Below, one piece after another: positions 1-13,089 of a stretch of 64,000 bases of DNA. Numbering within the stretch: position 1 is the first letter of the stretch; every line of letters begins with the position of its first letter. The translations under genes and the position numbers were made by a program. Origin of the DNA: Marsupella aquatica. Lineage: Eukaryota; Plantae; Marchantiophyta. The DNA is taken from positions 4,903,925-4,967,924 of the forward strand of contig OZ316896.1 of NCBI GenBank assembly GCA_973895155.1, given 5' to 3'. Below the pieces are notes generated by a model, which did not search any database, was not told where the DNA came from, and saw only the letters and a list, made by a program, of their open reading frames with translations.

Positions 1-410
1 TCTCTAAGTGTTTGCCTCAGTTTCCAACTTCCTTTGGCAAAATGAATGCGCGGATCCGCAAAGTTTCCTTGTCCCACTCTCCAAGCCTCTTCTAACAGTA
101 GCATGTCCTCCCGCCTCCTAAGCAATGCTGGATTTGCCATGAAAAGTCTCACCTTTCCTCTCTCTGCCATCTCTGTCAATCCCGCTATTCTCCAATTCAG
201 CATTACTGGGTCATGATCGGAAAGGTCCGATCCCCCATCGTGAATGAGCTCAACTTCGCTTAGCCATCCACCCCTTTCACTAACATAGATCTTGTCGAGT
301 CTGGACTGTATCAACACTGAATCCATTCCTATTCCTCCTCCATGTGAAATGAGGGCCCACTACTCCTCCTCTAAGATCCCATGCATCAGTAAGATTAAAT
401 CTCATCTTCA
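1..410 (-). mobile_element. LINE (L1-type) ORF2 fragment, C-terminal part of the APE endonuclease; runs off the window start
   Basis: Minus-strand translation gives LTDAWDLRGGVVGPHFTWRR, a frameshift near 320, then IQSRLDKIYVS...LSDHDPVMLNW...LLEEAW. These are the FTW, SRLD and SDH motifs of L1 endonucleases. The frame is open to position 1, which is why it is absent from the ORF track. Confidence 0.85.
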
Positions 411-3400
411 AAAATCTCCAGAATTAGTCCTCAAAGTATCAAATTCTACCTTAAACCTTGGCTTAGGAGGCACACGAGACAATGGCAGTGCTTTTCTTTG
501 CTCTTAGACTTATATTGGGACTTGGAAGCCCTTCATGATTGGAGGATCGATAGGGATCCTTGGCCCAACTAGTGCTCTCTCCCCTCCGGGGTGGTGTTTA
601 CTTTATTCCCCCAATTTTGGCCTTTTGGCCGCTGTGTTTCTCCCGTCGGGTGGTTGTTGCCCCCGGCTTCCTATTAAGCCGTGACCAAAGGGTATTTTCA
701 AACAAAATAAAAATACACTAGCAGAACCCAGAACCTGCCAGTTAAGCGTCTTGCAGGCAAAATAGTGTAAAGATGGGTGACCAGTTATGCCAAACACTAC
801 TCACAAAAACTACTCATAGTTTACAATCTGATCACACGCCTAACAAGCAAGCTTGCTTGCTTGCTCCTTGCTCCGCCTCTCACGCCCACTCGCCCCAAGC
901 TACCATGAGTTGCCTCAAAGCCTTGAAATGCCAGAGATATGCCCCTTTCGCCTTGATTTGCCTTGTTTCGCTACCAATAGAGCGCCCTCAGCCACACACA
1001 AAGCGAACGGTCACCAACCCCTCAAATCCAGTATCCACCATAGCCAGAGCTTGAGCTAGTTTGCACAATTTTGATCAGCAATTACTTTGTCAATCCTCGA
1101 CCAAAAATGAATATGTCCAAACTAGAATTCAATTGGCCACCATAGCTACCTCTCCACAAGAAATCAGTTGCAACTGAGGTCAACACTTCAAGCTAAAAAT
1201 CAAACAAATCCACCATCCAGATCTACTACAAACATGCTAAAACCTGGCAACACTTTTGCATAGATTCGTTGATACAAAAATCTGCAAAAGTCCCTATCTG
1301 AAACAACAGTTCGCTCCACACACTAGAGCTAAATAGATCCACATGATTGAACTGATGTTGAGAATCAGACAAGGATCAACATCAGAAGCCTCTTACCCGG
1401 TCTGGAGGACTTCCAACAGAGCTCCCGCACTCAAGCTTTCCAAATCTGAAAAACCGTCAAACATGAACCAAATTCTTCATTCTTTGATTACTTCCAACTC
1501 CCTCAACAAAATCAGGCGATCTAAAGTGCGTTGGAAAGCTCTCAGTGACGCGCTTCTTTCCAACCCATCCACTCACCAGATCCACACCTCAAACCAAGGG
1601 CCACGTACCAGAAAATCTTATGGCCGAGAATACTAAACAGCCCACCTGGTTCTGGTGAATCCATGATCGACGCTACCATCAATCTACATGAGTTCTTTGA
1701 GTGAAATCCGTGAAAGACATACTATCATAAAACACGTATAGAACACAAACGGTCAAGCCAAACCCACTCCGTGATGGAGAATCCAGGTCGAAGCTAACAG
1801 GACACCATAGTCAAGGAGCTCCACTCACTACGAAGGCTCTCCCAACGCCAAATTAAGGCTCAACTCAAAGAACCCTACCCACACTATACCCTCCAACCCA
1901 AGGGCGGGTCATACCAGAGGGGTCACCCACAACAAGGCACCCCCTCCAACCGTATGCATGGAACCACTCCCTATCTAGGCCCTACGGCCCTACATAAGGT
2001 ATGGCCTCTACTAGCACACTATGTACTACAATGATACACATACATAATTATGGTCACGACATCTGAACTTGAGCGCAATTACCCTACAGACATGGCTAAC
2101 ATATAACTAACTCTATACTGTTGGGCATTCCAGTCACAAAATGCTCTTACACTCAAAAAAATGCAAATAAATTATGACGCCGATGACATGGTCCTTATTC
2201 AATAATACGATGGATTGGTATGATGTTCACAGTAAGTAACTGTGAGACTGCATAACGCTCAGCAAGATGGCAAGAATAAGGGCAATCATGGTGTTTAGAG
2301 CATGACTATGGCAGGTTAGCCTAAAGAGTGCACAGTCGAGGCAACCATAACAAAGACAGTCATTGTCAGCGCCAAAACTAAGCAATTGGGGGAAGAGAGG
2401 ATTCACCTCCTCTACCATACTATCATGATGACAAGCATAGTGAAGTACGGAGGCTCTCCAAGACGCAGGGGCAAGGGCAGATGTGGTAATTCGGAGAAGC
2501 GAGTCTCCACAATTGAGAAAACAGCTATATGGTATGGTGGTTGTTCTCATGATGAAATCTGAATGTCTTGGGTGTGTATCTTCATTTTGTTACTTAGTTT
2601 AGTGAATTCATAGTCTAGTTTTAGTGTGTTAAGGAAATAAAAAGCTATGTTACGGGTGGTAGGTGGCCATATCTCTTTCAATACGTCACCAAATCAGGAT
2701 CTATAAAGAGCATTGGAAAGATCTGGTCAAGGCAAGTAAAATAAATATAAAACACTTTGGAAATGGAGGTGTATTAAGAAAGATAGAGCCTAGTTAGTGT
2801 GACGGGCTAACTTGTGACCGAAATTAACAGGTTCAGCTTTGGTTTCAGGTTAACCTAAATTTGGCCACAACTTAGTTTTGGGCCACCACTTAGCTTAGGT
2901 GAGCTTGGCCACAACTTAACCCAGGTTTGGGTTACCCTAACCTCGGGCTTGGGTTAGGATATTCCTTGGGGTTTCACTTTCACAAAAATGACCCAGACCA
3001 GAATTGTACCCACAAGAAACTTTTAGCACCAAAAGAGTACCAAGGAATTGAACCCACAAGAAACTGTTTTCTTAGCAGCAAGTCATACAATTTTGCCTAC
3101 AAGATTCAATAGCCTCTCCATTCAGAATTTAGGGTGGCTCTGGGTTGCCCTCTTCTTCCTAAATCAGAGTTACATGATTGAACTTTAGATTCTTCAATCC
3201 ATTGCACTATTTGCAGACTTTGCCGGACGTGCCTCACAAGTTCTTTGTCTTACCCCAATTACTGCTCTCTCAGTAGCTTCCCTGAGTGCTGCTTCCGTGA
3301 ATCTGACAAGTGTTGGCCGAGTAGTCAAAAATTTCCTCAAATGTTATCGCCTATGTGTATCTGTGACTCCCTTGCAGTCAATGATTCATTGACATTGGCG

Positions 3401-5919
3401 ATCTTTCTCTATTCGTTGTTGTACGCATACCAATGGAAATGTACTTACTTTGATTACTTCCAAGATCCCTCTAGTACCAAGGAGGAAACCCTCAAGCATA
3501 TTTTTGCTTACTTCAGCAGTCACTTGTTTACGGTTGCCTTGGTAGGTTTGGCAACCGTTTTAATTGTGAAGCATTGACATGTGTTCATTTTTTTGTTAAT
3601 TTGTTTTTAGAATGATTTATCTTACGTTTAAGATAAAAACATAAGTAAAGAACACTTTTACCATCATTGTATTGCACTTTGTATGTGAATTTTTTAAACT
3701 TTTCTTTTTACAGCTCGATTTCCCAATTTTTACATAGAACTTGCCATAAACACAAAACCACTATTATTTTTATTCAGAAACAACTCTTGAGGCAAGTTGT
3801 GGAGAGTTGCATTTTGGAATGGACCCCTAATGGGTTCCATAACAAAAAACACAAAAGACAAGATGATGTTTTTTCAACAAGTAACCACTTTATCTACTTT
3901 TGTTATTCTCAGGAAAGTAAAATAATCCATTTTTATTACTTAAAGAGTTTCTAAAAAAAGTACAAGTTGCTGCTTGATAATAAACAACCCACAATTTATT
4001 GGCTGTCACACCTACTGGAAATGCGGGTGGAAACGGTTACCAAACCTGAAAGAGCCAACCAATGCCTTGGGGTGGGTGGGCTAATGAGGGAGAATCGACG
4101 TTTTGTGGTGATTGGTGCTTCCTTGGTGGTGGAGTGACGCCTTGCCCTTATGTGGTTTGGTTGTGATTCACAAATTGGACGAGGGAGCATCATTTGTTGA
4201 TTGTGCTCTCGGTGAGGCTGGCTGGGTCTTCAAAGCTGGTTAACAAAAGGCAAAAGAAAGTTTTAACCAAAGAAGTGCCAAGGTGTGGCACATTGTGATG
4301 CCTGGATTTTTGAAATGACTCCTCATGGGTGTCCATAAATACTGTTTAAATAGAACTATGATGCCTGGAATTTTGGAAATGACTCCTCATGGGGGTCAGT
4401 AAATATTGTTTAAGACCTGATACAACCTGATAATATAGACATGAAGGAGAGATACTCTACTTTTGCCTTTACATAATATGCATGAATAGAAAAGACTCAC
4501 AAACATCACCCAATTGGATTTATTTTCGGTTTGTTCGTATATAATATAAACATATGTAAAAACATTGACAAGCCTTTAAATGTTGAGATGCGTTACATAA
4601 TAGATGTATATATAGTTAATGACAATATGATTGTATATCCATTTTTAATGTTGATATCATGTAGATTGACTTGGTCTTATGGAATGGAATCATCACATTT
4701 TGCATGAATATATTTTATATCCAATCAACTTCAAAATGACCCAAAGTGATGAAGAAAACAGACACAAATGAAATCAACCAGGGATAACGTTTTGCAATTA
4801 ATCTATTTTATATCCAATCAACATCAATATGACCCAAATTGATAAAGAACACAAGACACAAAGGCATGCAAAAGTATGTTGGGACTGTGCCAATTTCTAC
4901 AAGCAGACATGGCTATATTCTGAAAAATAGACAATGTTCTTTAAGTTACACAGGCAAATGGACAATGATCCTTTTAAGTTACACGAACAGCAAGAGATTA
5001 TAGTCATTGTTAATTGAATTGAGGTAAGGTGAGGTCAAGTAGTACTGGGACATTAAAATTTGAAAACATCATGCATGGGTAGGGTAGGAATAATACCCCA
5101 AATCAAATAATATCCACCACCAGTACTTTGTCCAGTCTTTTGTGATTTAAAAGTTGCAGATCCTCTGGTTAAACTATGCCCAAGTTCGTTTGACAGTTTT
5201 TTAGATCCAAAATGGGTGGTCTGGGTCCACTCCTTGCTCCTTGCTTTAGTAGTGTTTCTGTCCACTTCCTGCAAAAAGTCTCTTATGTTATCACAGCGTT
5301 TTGAGGAGCTGAATTAATATGGGCCGTTGTCAACTACACTCCATAAATAGCGAAAGTTACAGTACTTGGTACAACTATTGCTTCCCACCAATTAAAGAAG
5401 TAAATTGTGCTACAAAACAGCTTGGCAATTATTATTTTGAAAATACTACTCCGTAGTTTAATTGAACTTACTTGCCACGAATTCCCTAAAATATTGTAGC
5501 TTTCATTGATCTGGTGCCAAAGGAAGTTGATGCTTTGATTTGTCAAACTTCCAATTTAATTTGATTGTCATACATAGTGAAGAGCCCGAAAGCCATACCA
5601 TGTCTACAGTCCATTTTTTCGGAAAACCATCGTTGTTCACCACTAGTTTTCTGCATGATCGACGAGCAGGTGTGTAAAAACGTGCTTCGTGATGTTCAAT
5701 TTCTCGTAATGTGCGACTGTCGTCAAACAACGAAAGAATGGACACCGTCTTCGTGACGACATGTCATCCTATTCCAGTATGATGTCTCTGTCTCTGTCGA
5801 TCGTCCAGCCATGCATCCATATACCTTAGCACTAATCTCATGTCTTCGATTCGGTTTCTCGCAATGTTCGAGAGAAGGATGGTCTCTGCCGCGAACATAC
5901 TCTACCTTCTCCATTGGAC

Positions 5920-6873
5920 CTAAAAAGTGCGGTCGATCTTGAGTTCGTCATAGCCGAACATGACCTTGCAACCCTCGCGCGTCGCGAATTTTTCCTCGTC
6001 GGGAACCACCGTCTTCCGGTACTCCGGGTCCTCGTACAAACTGAGGAGCGCATCCATGTCCGCGGCCCAAAGCTCTGCTGCAGCGTCAAACTCCATTACA
6101 GGTAACCCCATGCTCGCCGCCTTTTGCCTTGCTTCCATGCTGTTGTGAAACTGCAAAGCGCAAGGCACACGAAGCAAGTCAACACACTCATTTTTGGGAG
6201 CGCGCTCTCCTCACGCTCAGAGTATGAATAATTGTATCGAAAGCTTCCGTCGAGTCAGACATCAACAGATTCAATTAAAACGAGATTGAGTGACTCGATC
6301 GACGACAACATCGACAACCTCCGCGCCAGTGCCTGAAGAAATTTCGCACGAAGAGTCACAGTAGTCCTAACTCATAACCTTGAGAAGAGAATCTTTCTGC
6401 AAGAGCGAACAACAGCAACTGTAGGAACTGAGACGGGCGCTGTGCGGACGTTCATTGAGGTCGATTAGTTGTATTGGGAAGATTATGTGGAGCATAAAAT
6501 CAACACATCAAATCAAAAAGGAACCTTGGTGACTCGACCGACGACAAAATCAACGATCTTCGCGACCGTGCCTGACGAAATGTCTCACGAAGAGTCGAAG
6601 AAAAATGGAGTCCTGATGTCCTGACCTTGAGAACAGGATCTCTCTGCAAGAGAGCACAACAGCAACAGACTGTAAGGTGCGGTACTGAGACGTAACCTGG
6701 TTATACTTGAGGATCTTTTCCTGGACAATTCGAAGGCTTGAAAACAGAGGCGCGTGTTCCTCGGACCAGTACCGGTGGAACTCCTCGTCGGTAAGCTCAG
6801 GATTCTTGTTGAAAAATACGGTCATCTTCATGTAACGCTTGCTCCCTTTCGCAGATTCTCCTTGCGACGCCAT
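5920..6873 (-). CDS. EthD-domain (dimeric alpha/beta-barrel) protein, 135 aa, 2 exons
   Basis: Exon 1 is 6873-6697 (MASQ...KMTVFFNKNPELTDEEFHRYWSEEHAPL...KILKYNQ|GT). A phase-0 GT-AG intron spans 6696-6151. Exon 2 is 6150-5920 (FHNSM...EFDAAAELWAADMDALLSLYEDPEY...VVPDEEKF...stop). The EEF..YW...H.PL, D..AE.W and DE..F motifs are typical of EthD proteins. Confidence 0.85.
6290..6692. repeat. Diverged ~150-bp direct duplication inside the EthD intron
   Basis: 6290-6435 (TGACTCGATCGACGACAAC...ACGAAGAGTC...CTGCAAGAG...CAACAGCAAC...ACTGAGACG) aligns with 6529-6692. Confidence 0.8.
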
Positions 6874-7539
6874 GATCGATGACGCCAACGATTTACTGCA
6901 CTAGAATGTCTTTGGATCTTTGGTACTGCTGTACTCTGTCCAAAGTGTTGAGGTGACAATTTTCAGTGCCTCGCTCGGATTAGAGTCTCTCGAAAAGTCT
7001 CGAATGATGATGTTCAACAGATTAATTTCGTCTGGCAGGACCTTCGTCTCGCTTCGAATTGACCGACCGAGGTTGTCCAGACTCCAGGGTCAGACCGTCT
7101 GCAGTGCTGATTGTAGAGAATAAATGTACAGTGTTAATAGTTTCCACAGAGCAGATTCGCTTCATCGTCATCAGATTGTTGAGATTTTTAGAAGATGGAT
7201 TTATTCGATTGGAAACACCAAGCGTGGTACCTAAGTTGCCAGAGTTACAACACACGACAAGGGGAGTCACCTGAATCTAAGCAACGATGAGACAGTTAGA
7301 ATTGACCAATCACTAGTGAGCATAAGACAAGTATGCTACAGACGAGGCACGGATCTCTAAACAAAGACGGGACAAACGACAGGGAGAGATCGTGATCTCC
7401 AATACCGTCCCTCGATCGACTAATGGGAAAATAGCATCGACTAATGGGAAAAGAGCATGGAATTATACTGTACATGTAACTAAGAATAATCTACTCAACT
7501 ACCCGACAACACTACCAACACAAAAAGTCTAAACTTCAG

Positions 7540-8069
7540 GAGTTCAGGAGTTTAATCCTCCTGCTGCAGGAGCTGTTGGTGAGCTGTTGGTAAAGTGGCT
7601 GCAGGATCCAGAAATGTACCAGCAGGAGGCTGCCTGTCAAGTTCCCGTCGGTAATGTTGTTGCTGTGCGAGGTGGTGCAGTAGCCAATGCTCCGCCAGAA
7701 GCTGCTGCGCTCAAGAAGATCACATATCTTGAGATTGCCAAGAAGAAGTGCAAGGCAATGTCAAAACTCGCTATGTTCCGGTCGGCGATGTTGTTGCCGT
7801 GGGAGGTGCGGGGGGAGGTGGAGCACTTGCTAATGCTCCACCAGGAACTGCGCACTCACACATCATGAGATTGCCAAGAACAAGTACAAGGCAATGTCGA
7901 ATCTCGCCGCTACGGTGCACTAAGACGTCGTGAGACTGCCAAGAAGAAACACAAGGCATGTCAAATCTCGCTACTCCGGTGCACTCAGACATCGTGAGAT
8001 TGCCAAGAAGAAGTACAAAGCAGCGTGAATCTCGCTGCTACAATCAAGAATAACTTTCATCCCCGCCAT
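7540..8069 (-). pseudogene. Degenerate modular array: signal-peptide-like module x4 and Pro/Ala/Thr-rich module x2 (AGP-like secreted-peptide relic)
   Basis: GAGA(T/C)TGCCAAGAA recurs at 7731, 7867, 7932 and 7996. The minus-strand consensus reads about MKVILIVAARFDIALYFFLAISRCLSAP, followed by GGALASAPPPPAPPTATTSPTGT or GGALATAPPRTATTLPTGT. Frameshifts and stops are present. Confidence 0.5.
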
Positions 8070-8442
8070 TGAGAAGTTTGATAAAGATCTACTGTAGTCC
8101 TTTCAAACAACGCTTTTGGTGGAGCTCTTCTTCAACGCCAAAATGTTCTTGAAACAGAAGTGGCAACGTGCTCATCAATGTCCGAACGTACTTTCCTCGA
8201 ACAGTACTTCAAGACCACCGCACCGTTGGTACCTGAGGTTGTCTCTACAAGACCTTGGACGCAGTTTGAGTATTATTTTAGTAAAGTTACACTCTCAACA
8301 TTATTTAGTCTAACAAAATTTAATTTCCGTGCACATATTGATTTGGGCAGTGACTACTTTACTAGGACATATTGATTTGGGTAGTGCATGTAAGTAATGT
8401 TATAATGTGTTATGACACTAATAGTTGGGTAGTGCAGGTAAA

Positions 8443-10206
8443 TCAAGAACTATAATACACAGTTGCGCCACTTTTTAGAGTGGTCGTCGTTCAAATTTGC
8501 ACGGAACAAAAATTAAAAAATCTGGTCAAAGGTAAGCAATAAAACCAAAGTGTGAATTAAATTTAGTGTGAGTCACAAAAAGTTGCACCGATTGCCCAAG
8601 ACAAGCAAGAATAATTACACTAGACACAAAAAAAGAAGTGAAAGACTTTAATAAAATGCACAAGGGCCAATGCACAAGGGATCAAGGAGTATACTCACAT
8701 GCAAGTTTATATTGTACATATTCATTGTAGACATATATTACATATTGTGTGCATCATAATTTTGTGTAATAATGGTAAAAGTAGTTTAATTGCTAATAAT
8801 ATTTGTCACTAGATCAATAAAAAAAGATTCTCCCAATATTTGTGGTGATGTTAGAGTTATTTATAGTGTCATTTTCAATGCAAAAAACAAAAGTAATAGA
8901 GCCCAAAGACAATAGAAGCACATGGTATGGGCATTGATAGCAAGGTATCGGGCCAGGGGCACACTCGCAATGTAGGGTAGCCCCGTAATCTCACATGGGT
9001 GGGGAGGGGGGGGCGAACGAGTGGAGTGACGGTGAATGTGAAAAAAAGAAGACCAAAAATAAGAAAATGGGGAAAAGGGGGAGGTTAAGGTTTAAAAGGA
9101 ACATATATAAGAGAAAAAAAGGAAAAGAGGAAACAAAACGGGGAAAAAACACCTCTCATTTAGTTTTACTTTTGTGGTTGTCATAGCCAGTTGTCTTTTG
9201 CACAAGTACATCTTTTATTCAAGAATTTTTGTGTGCAAGGAGAAAAAAGAAAAAAAGAAAAGGAAACTTTTGTGGCTGCCATAGCCACTATTTTGCACAA
9301 TGATATCTTTCACTCAACAAAAGTTTTTGTGCAACAATGTATTTTAACAATTATTATTTTTATTCAACAATTATCTTTTGCACCACGTACGATCTATTTC
9401 TCAACAACATCTTTAACCAAACAACATCTATTATGCAATGCACGGGGATTGAAAGGATATCGAGAGAATGGTCATCTTTGCTAAACCCTAAAACACTAAA
9501 CCTGAAACTGATAATATAACGTTGCTCCAATTTATAGTGGTCGCCATTCAAATGCATGGGCATTTTGGGTAAAACAAAACAAAACAAAGAAAAAGACTCA
9601 CTCCTTCTTAGTTTCCTTGATTTTTTACTTCATAGAACATCTTTCGCAGAACAATAGCTTGGGTGAAAATCCCATTTTTCTTTTAACATCTTTTACTTCA
9701 CGATATGCCAACATGACAATTTTTTCTCAACGACATCTTGGCCGACACAACATCTTTTTTCTCAACGACTTCTTGGCCGACATGACATTTTTTTGCTCAA
9801 GATCTCTTGGCCAACACGACGTCTTTTTTCTCAACGTCTTCTTGGCCAACATGACATCTTTTTTTCTCAATGACCTCTTGGGCGACACGACAACTTTTTT
9901 CTCCATGACCTCTTGGTTGACACTACATATTTTCTTTCAACGACCTCTTGGCCAATACAACATCTTTTTTTCTCAATGACATCTTGACCAACACAACTTC
10001 TTTTCTCTCAATGACCTCTTGGGCCACACGACATCTTTACTCTCAACGACCTCTTGGGCGACACGACATCTTTTCTCTCCACGACCTCTTGGGCAACACT
10101 ACATCTTTTTTCTCCATGACCTGTTGGCTGACACTACCTCATTTTTTTCTCAATGACATCTTGGCCGACAGAACTTCTTTTGTGCAACGCACGGGTATTG
10201 AGCTAG
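8443..10206 (+). mobile_element. Non-autonomous Helitron (~1.76 kb)
   Basis: It starts A|TC at 8442/8443 and ends GTGCAACGCACGGG...CTAG|T at 10206/10207, with no TSD. Joining the flanks (GGGTAGTGCAGGTAAA + TAATGTAATAATGTGTTGTGACACTAAT) regenerates a copy of the adjacent repeat unit at ~8378-8422. Confidence 0.8.
9700..10180 (+). repeat. 3' subterminal minisatellite of Helitron 1 (~31-33 bp unit)
   Basis: Tandem units resemble CTCAACGACCTCTTGGCCGACACGACATCTTTTTT. Confidence 0.9.
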
Positions 10207-13089
10207 TAATGTAATAATGTGTTGTGACACTAATGGTGTATGATATTAACGACCTTCACCTATAAAATTGTGTCACATATTATTCTTACCCACAATTTTT
10301 TTAAAGTCATTATTTTACAAGACTAGGCAGTGCAAATAAATAATCTGTGTGATACTAATAGTGTATGATACTAATTTCGGTCACCAAGTCCAATGGTGTC
10401 ACATACTCTTATTACACACAATTTTTTAAGTCATTTATTTTACAAGAGTTGACAATCTTTGTCTCATTCAACATGTTTCGTGTGGCCACTTCAACAAGAC
10501 ATGAATTTTTTTTGACTAGAAACTAGACTAAGATAGTTTGATCTCAAAGAATAATGGGTCACATCCCGGGTCACATTAGATTCACCTTAGATTTCACTTT
10601 AGAGTTCTTGGCAAAAATGTTCTCGCCTAGTGCGTGGACCAGGGTCCACTTTAGTTTTCTTGGCAAATTAAAATATTCTTGCCTAGTGTATTACTGCCCG
10701 GGGTTCACTTTTGGTTTCTAGGGGGAAAACTTTTTTAGTGTGTCACTGGAAAATTGGGAATTTTTTTTAAATGGGGGTGACAGTAAATAGTGTCACTTGC
10801 AGGAATTTAAGGCTCGCACAGTAATTAGTATGTGTGACACTAATTTTGGGTGATACTAATTATTTACATAGACTAATTACTATAAAGAGTGTAATTTACT
10901 GTGCATTTAACATACTACAAATAGTGTACTAGAGAAAGACTAGTTTGGAATCATTGTATGGCCCCCAATTTTTTGTAAAGGAAACTGCAGCACATGGTAC
11001 TACAATAATTATGGACCCCATGAGAGATCCCTTCCAAAATTCCTGGCACCAGAGCGTGCCACATCAACAACAACCGCAACAAACAAAACTCATCAGTTTT
11101 ATGAATCAATTTACAGTTTTCATTCGTGTTTGCGTCAATTTTGGTGTAAATTTTGGGACGTCATGCCGTAAAAAGAAATGTAAAATTTTAGAAATGCAAA
11201 GAGCAAGACCGGTAAAATTGTCACTATGTAACTGTTTTAGTTACGTATCCAATTTTAAAAATTAAATTCAAAGATTTAAAAAGTATTTTTCAAATAATAA
11301 ACAATGACTAATAACTAACTTGATAACTTCCTTGTTAAAGGGTAATTGGCACATGGAGTAAGATTTTCAGCCTTTTGCAATTCAAGCAAACTGCCACCTA
11401 TGGTAGGAACTTGAACTCAATGAATTGATTCAATTCATTTGATCAGACATTGATCTGGTTTCAAATGGACTTGCCACGGATTGACTATTGACACTTGTAG
11501 CTTGAGAATTTGGTTGCATGTAGCGAAAAAGCCTGATTTTGACAATTACTTGTGATAACCATGTTGTCGACTTTGGCCTGCAAAGCAAAGTATTCATGTG
11601 GCAGTTGAAAAAATGTCAACTGCTCAGGCATGGCTGAATGGGTCCACAATTGATTTTGTGAGAAAATCTAATCTAATCTAAACAATACAAGCTGTAAAAT
11701 CTAACCTATTTGTCCAACACAACATGACTACCAACTTCACTTCTTAATCAGACTTCTCTCATTTGAAAGCTTAAGCGTTGCCCTTCTCCATTTGGTGAAT
11801 AGTTGCGTCAAGGTCATGAGGCTATTAACCTCTAATTCAAAACTTGTCAAATTCAGACTTCAGTGAAATCTCCAGAATTTCCAATAATTTGAAAGTACAA
11901 AGACAAATCAGGTAACAAATATTCTACAAAGAGGACTGAGCTACTAGAAAGCTTAGGGTTCCTTGCTTAAAAAAGCATATTTCTCAATTGATCTCGAGAA
12001 AGTAGTCTTCTCAACTCAAATTGAGTGCCTAGGGCAATTTAGTGGTCAAATATAGTGTCATCCAATGCCCAAATCAACTAATGTAAACAAAATTGTGCCT
12101 TGGGTTTATTAATTAATGTTCTAAAATTAGTGAAAATATCTCATAGATCTTAAGTGTTTTAATGTGTGCTAGCAGAGCATATTATGGACCATATTAGCCT
12201 CTCAAAACGCAAGCTCAAACAAGGCCTAAAAAATTTAGCCCCCCTCCACGAACTAATTTGCTAGGAGACAAGTTGGAGACACACTTCATCTAGATGTCAC
12301 ATAGTTCTTTGGCTCTTCTTTGACAAGGGAAGATCTCATGAGGGGCATGTGAGTCCACTTTTAATATAAATTATTCAAAATAGAAATGGACCAAGCAGCC
12401 AGAAAATAGACCTCTAAGAGAGGTGGTCTAAGATGAAGAGACCTCCAAGAGAGGTGGTCTAAAGTCTGGGGCAAAACTGTGCTCCTCATAAGCAAAATTT
12501 GGGCCCCATTCCATTCCATGCCATGTATGTATGGCAACAGATTAAGTTCTGTACATATATTGTACACAAACAGTTCAGCCAATTACAACTAATGAAATTT
12601 AGTGTCCATTTTTCTGAGTCACTCTTTGGCTCGAGTTCAAGCACTACCTATTAATGTAGTGCCAAGCTGGTTTGCTCAAAAACTAATCACACCCTTGACC
12701 AAACTTACCTGGTCACAATATGGTGTACAATAAGTTCTTGGGCCATTTTCCCTCATCACCTCAATTGAACTTTGTTCAGTCATTAATTAGTCTTGGATCC
12801 TTGTGAAAACTTTAATGAATTTAATTTTTTATGCACTTTTAAGAATATTTTGTCACCCTAGTATAAAGAGTGAATCTTCAGTGTATACATTGTTTTTAAA
12901 CTGAAAAGAGTATGATAACATTCTGGCGTTGAGTTGTTTCCTAAAATGAGAAAGTATTAATGTTTTGTGCAGATCCTGCGCAAGCCAGGATGGCACTCTT
13001 GTACAATGTTGTTGAAGCGATGCAGTCCAAAGAATACTGGTGTACTAGTGAGGCTGATAAGATTATTGTGGAAGGAGCCTTGTACACTA

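Noticed and set aside
420-2200. Possible LTR or LINE ORF1 remnant
   Set aside because: TE-like composition, but no paired repeats, PBS/PPT or protein motif that I could confirm.
9483-9508. AAACCCTAAA telomere-like motif
   Set aside because: One or two degenerate copies inside a Helitron, not an interstitial telomeric array.
9617-10214. Phe/Leu-rich ORFs, and similar ones at 53573-54073
   Set aside because: They are translations of Helitron minisatellites.
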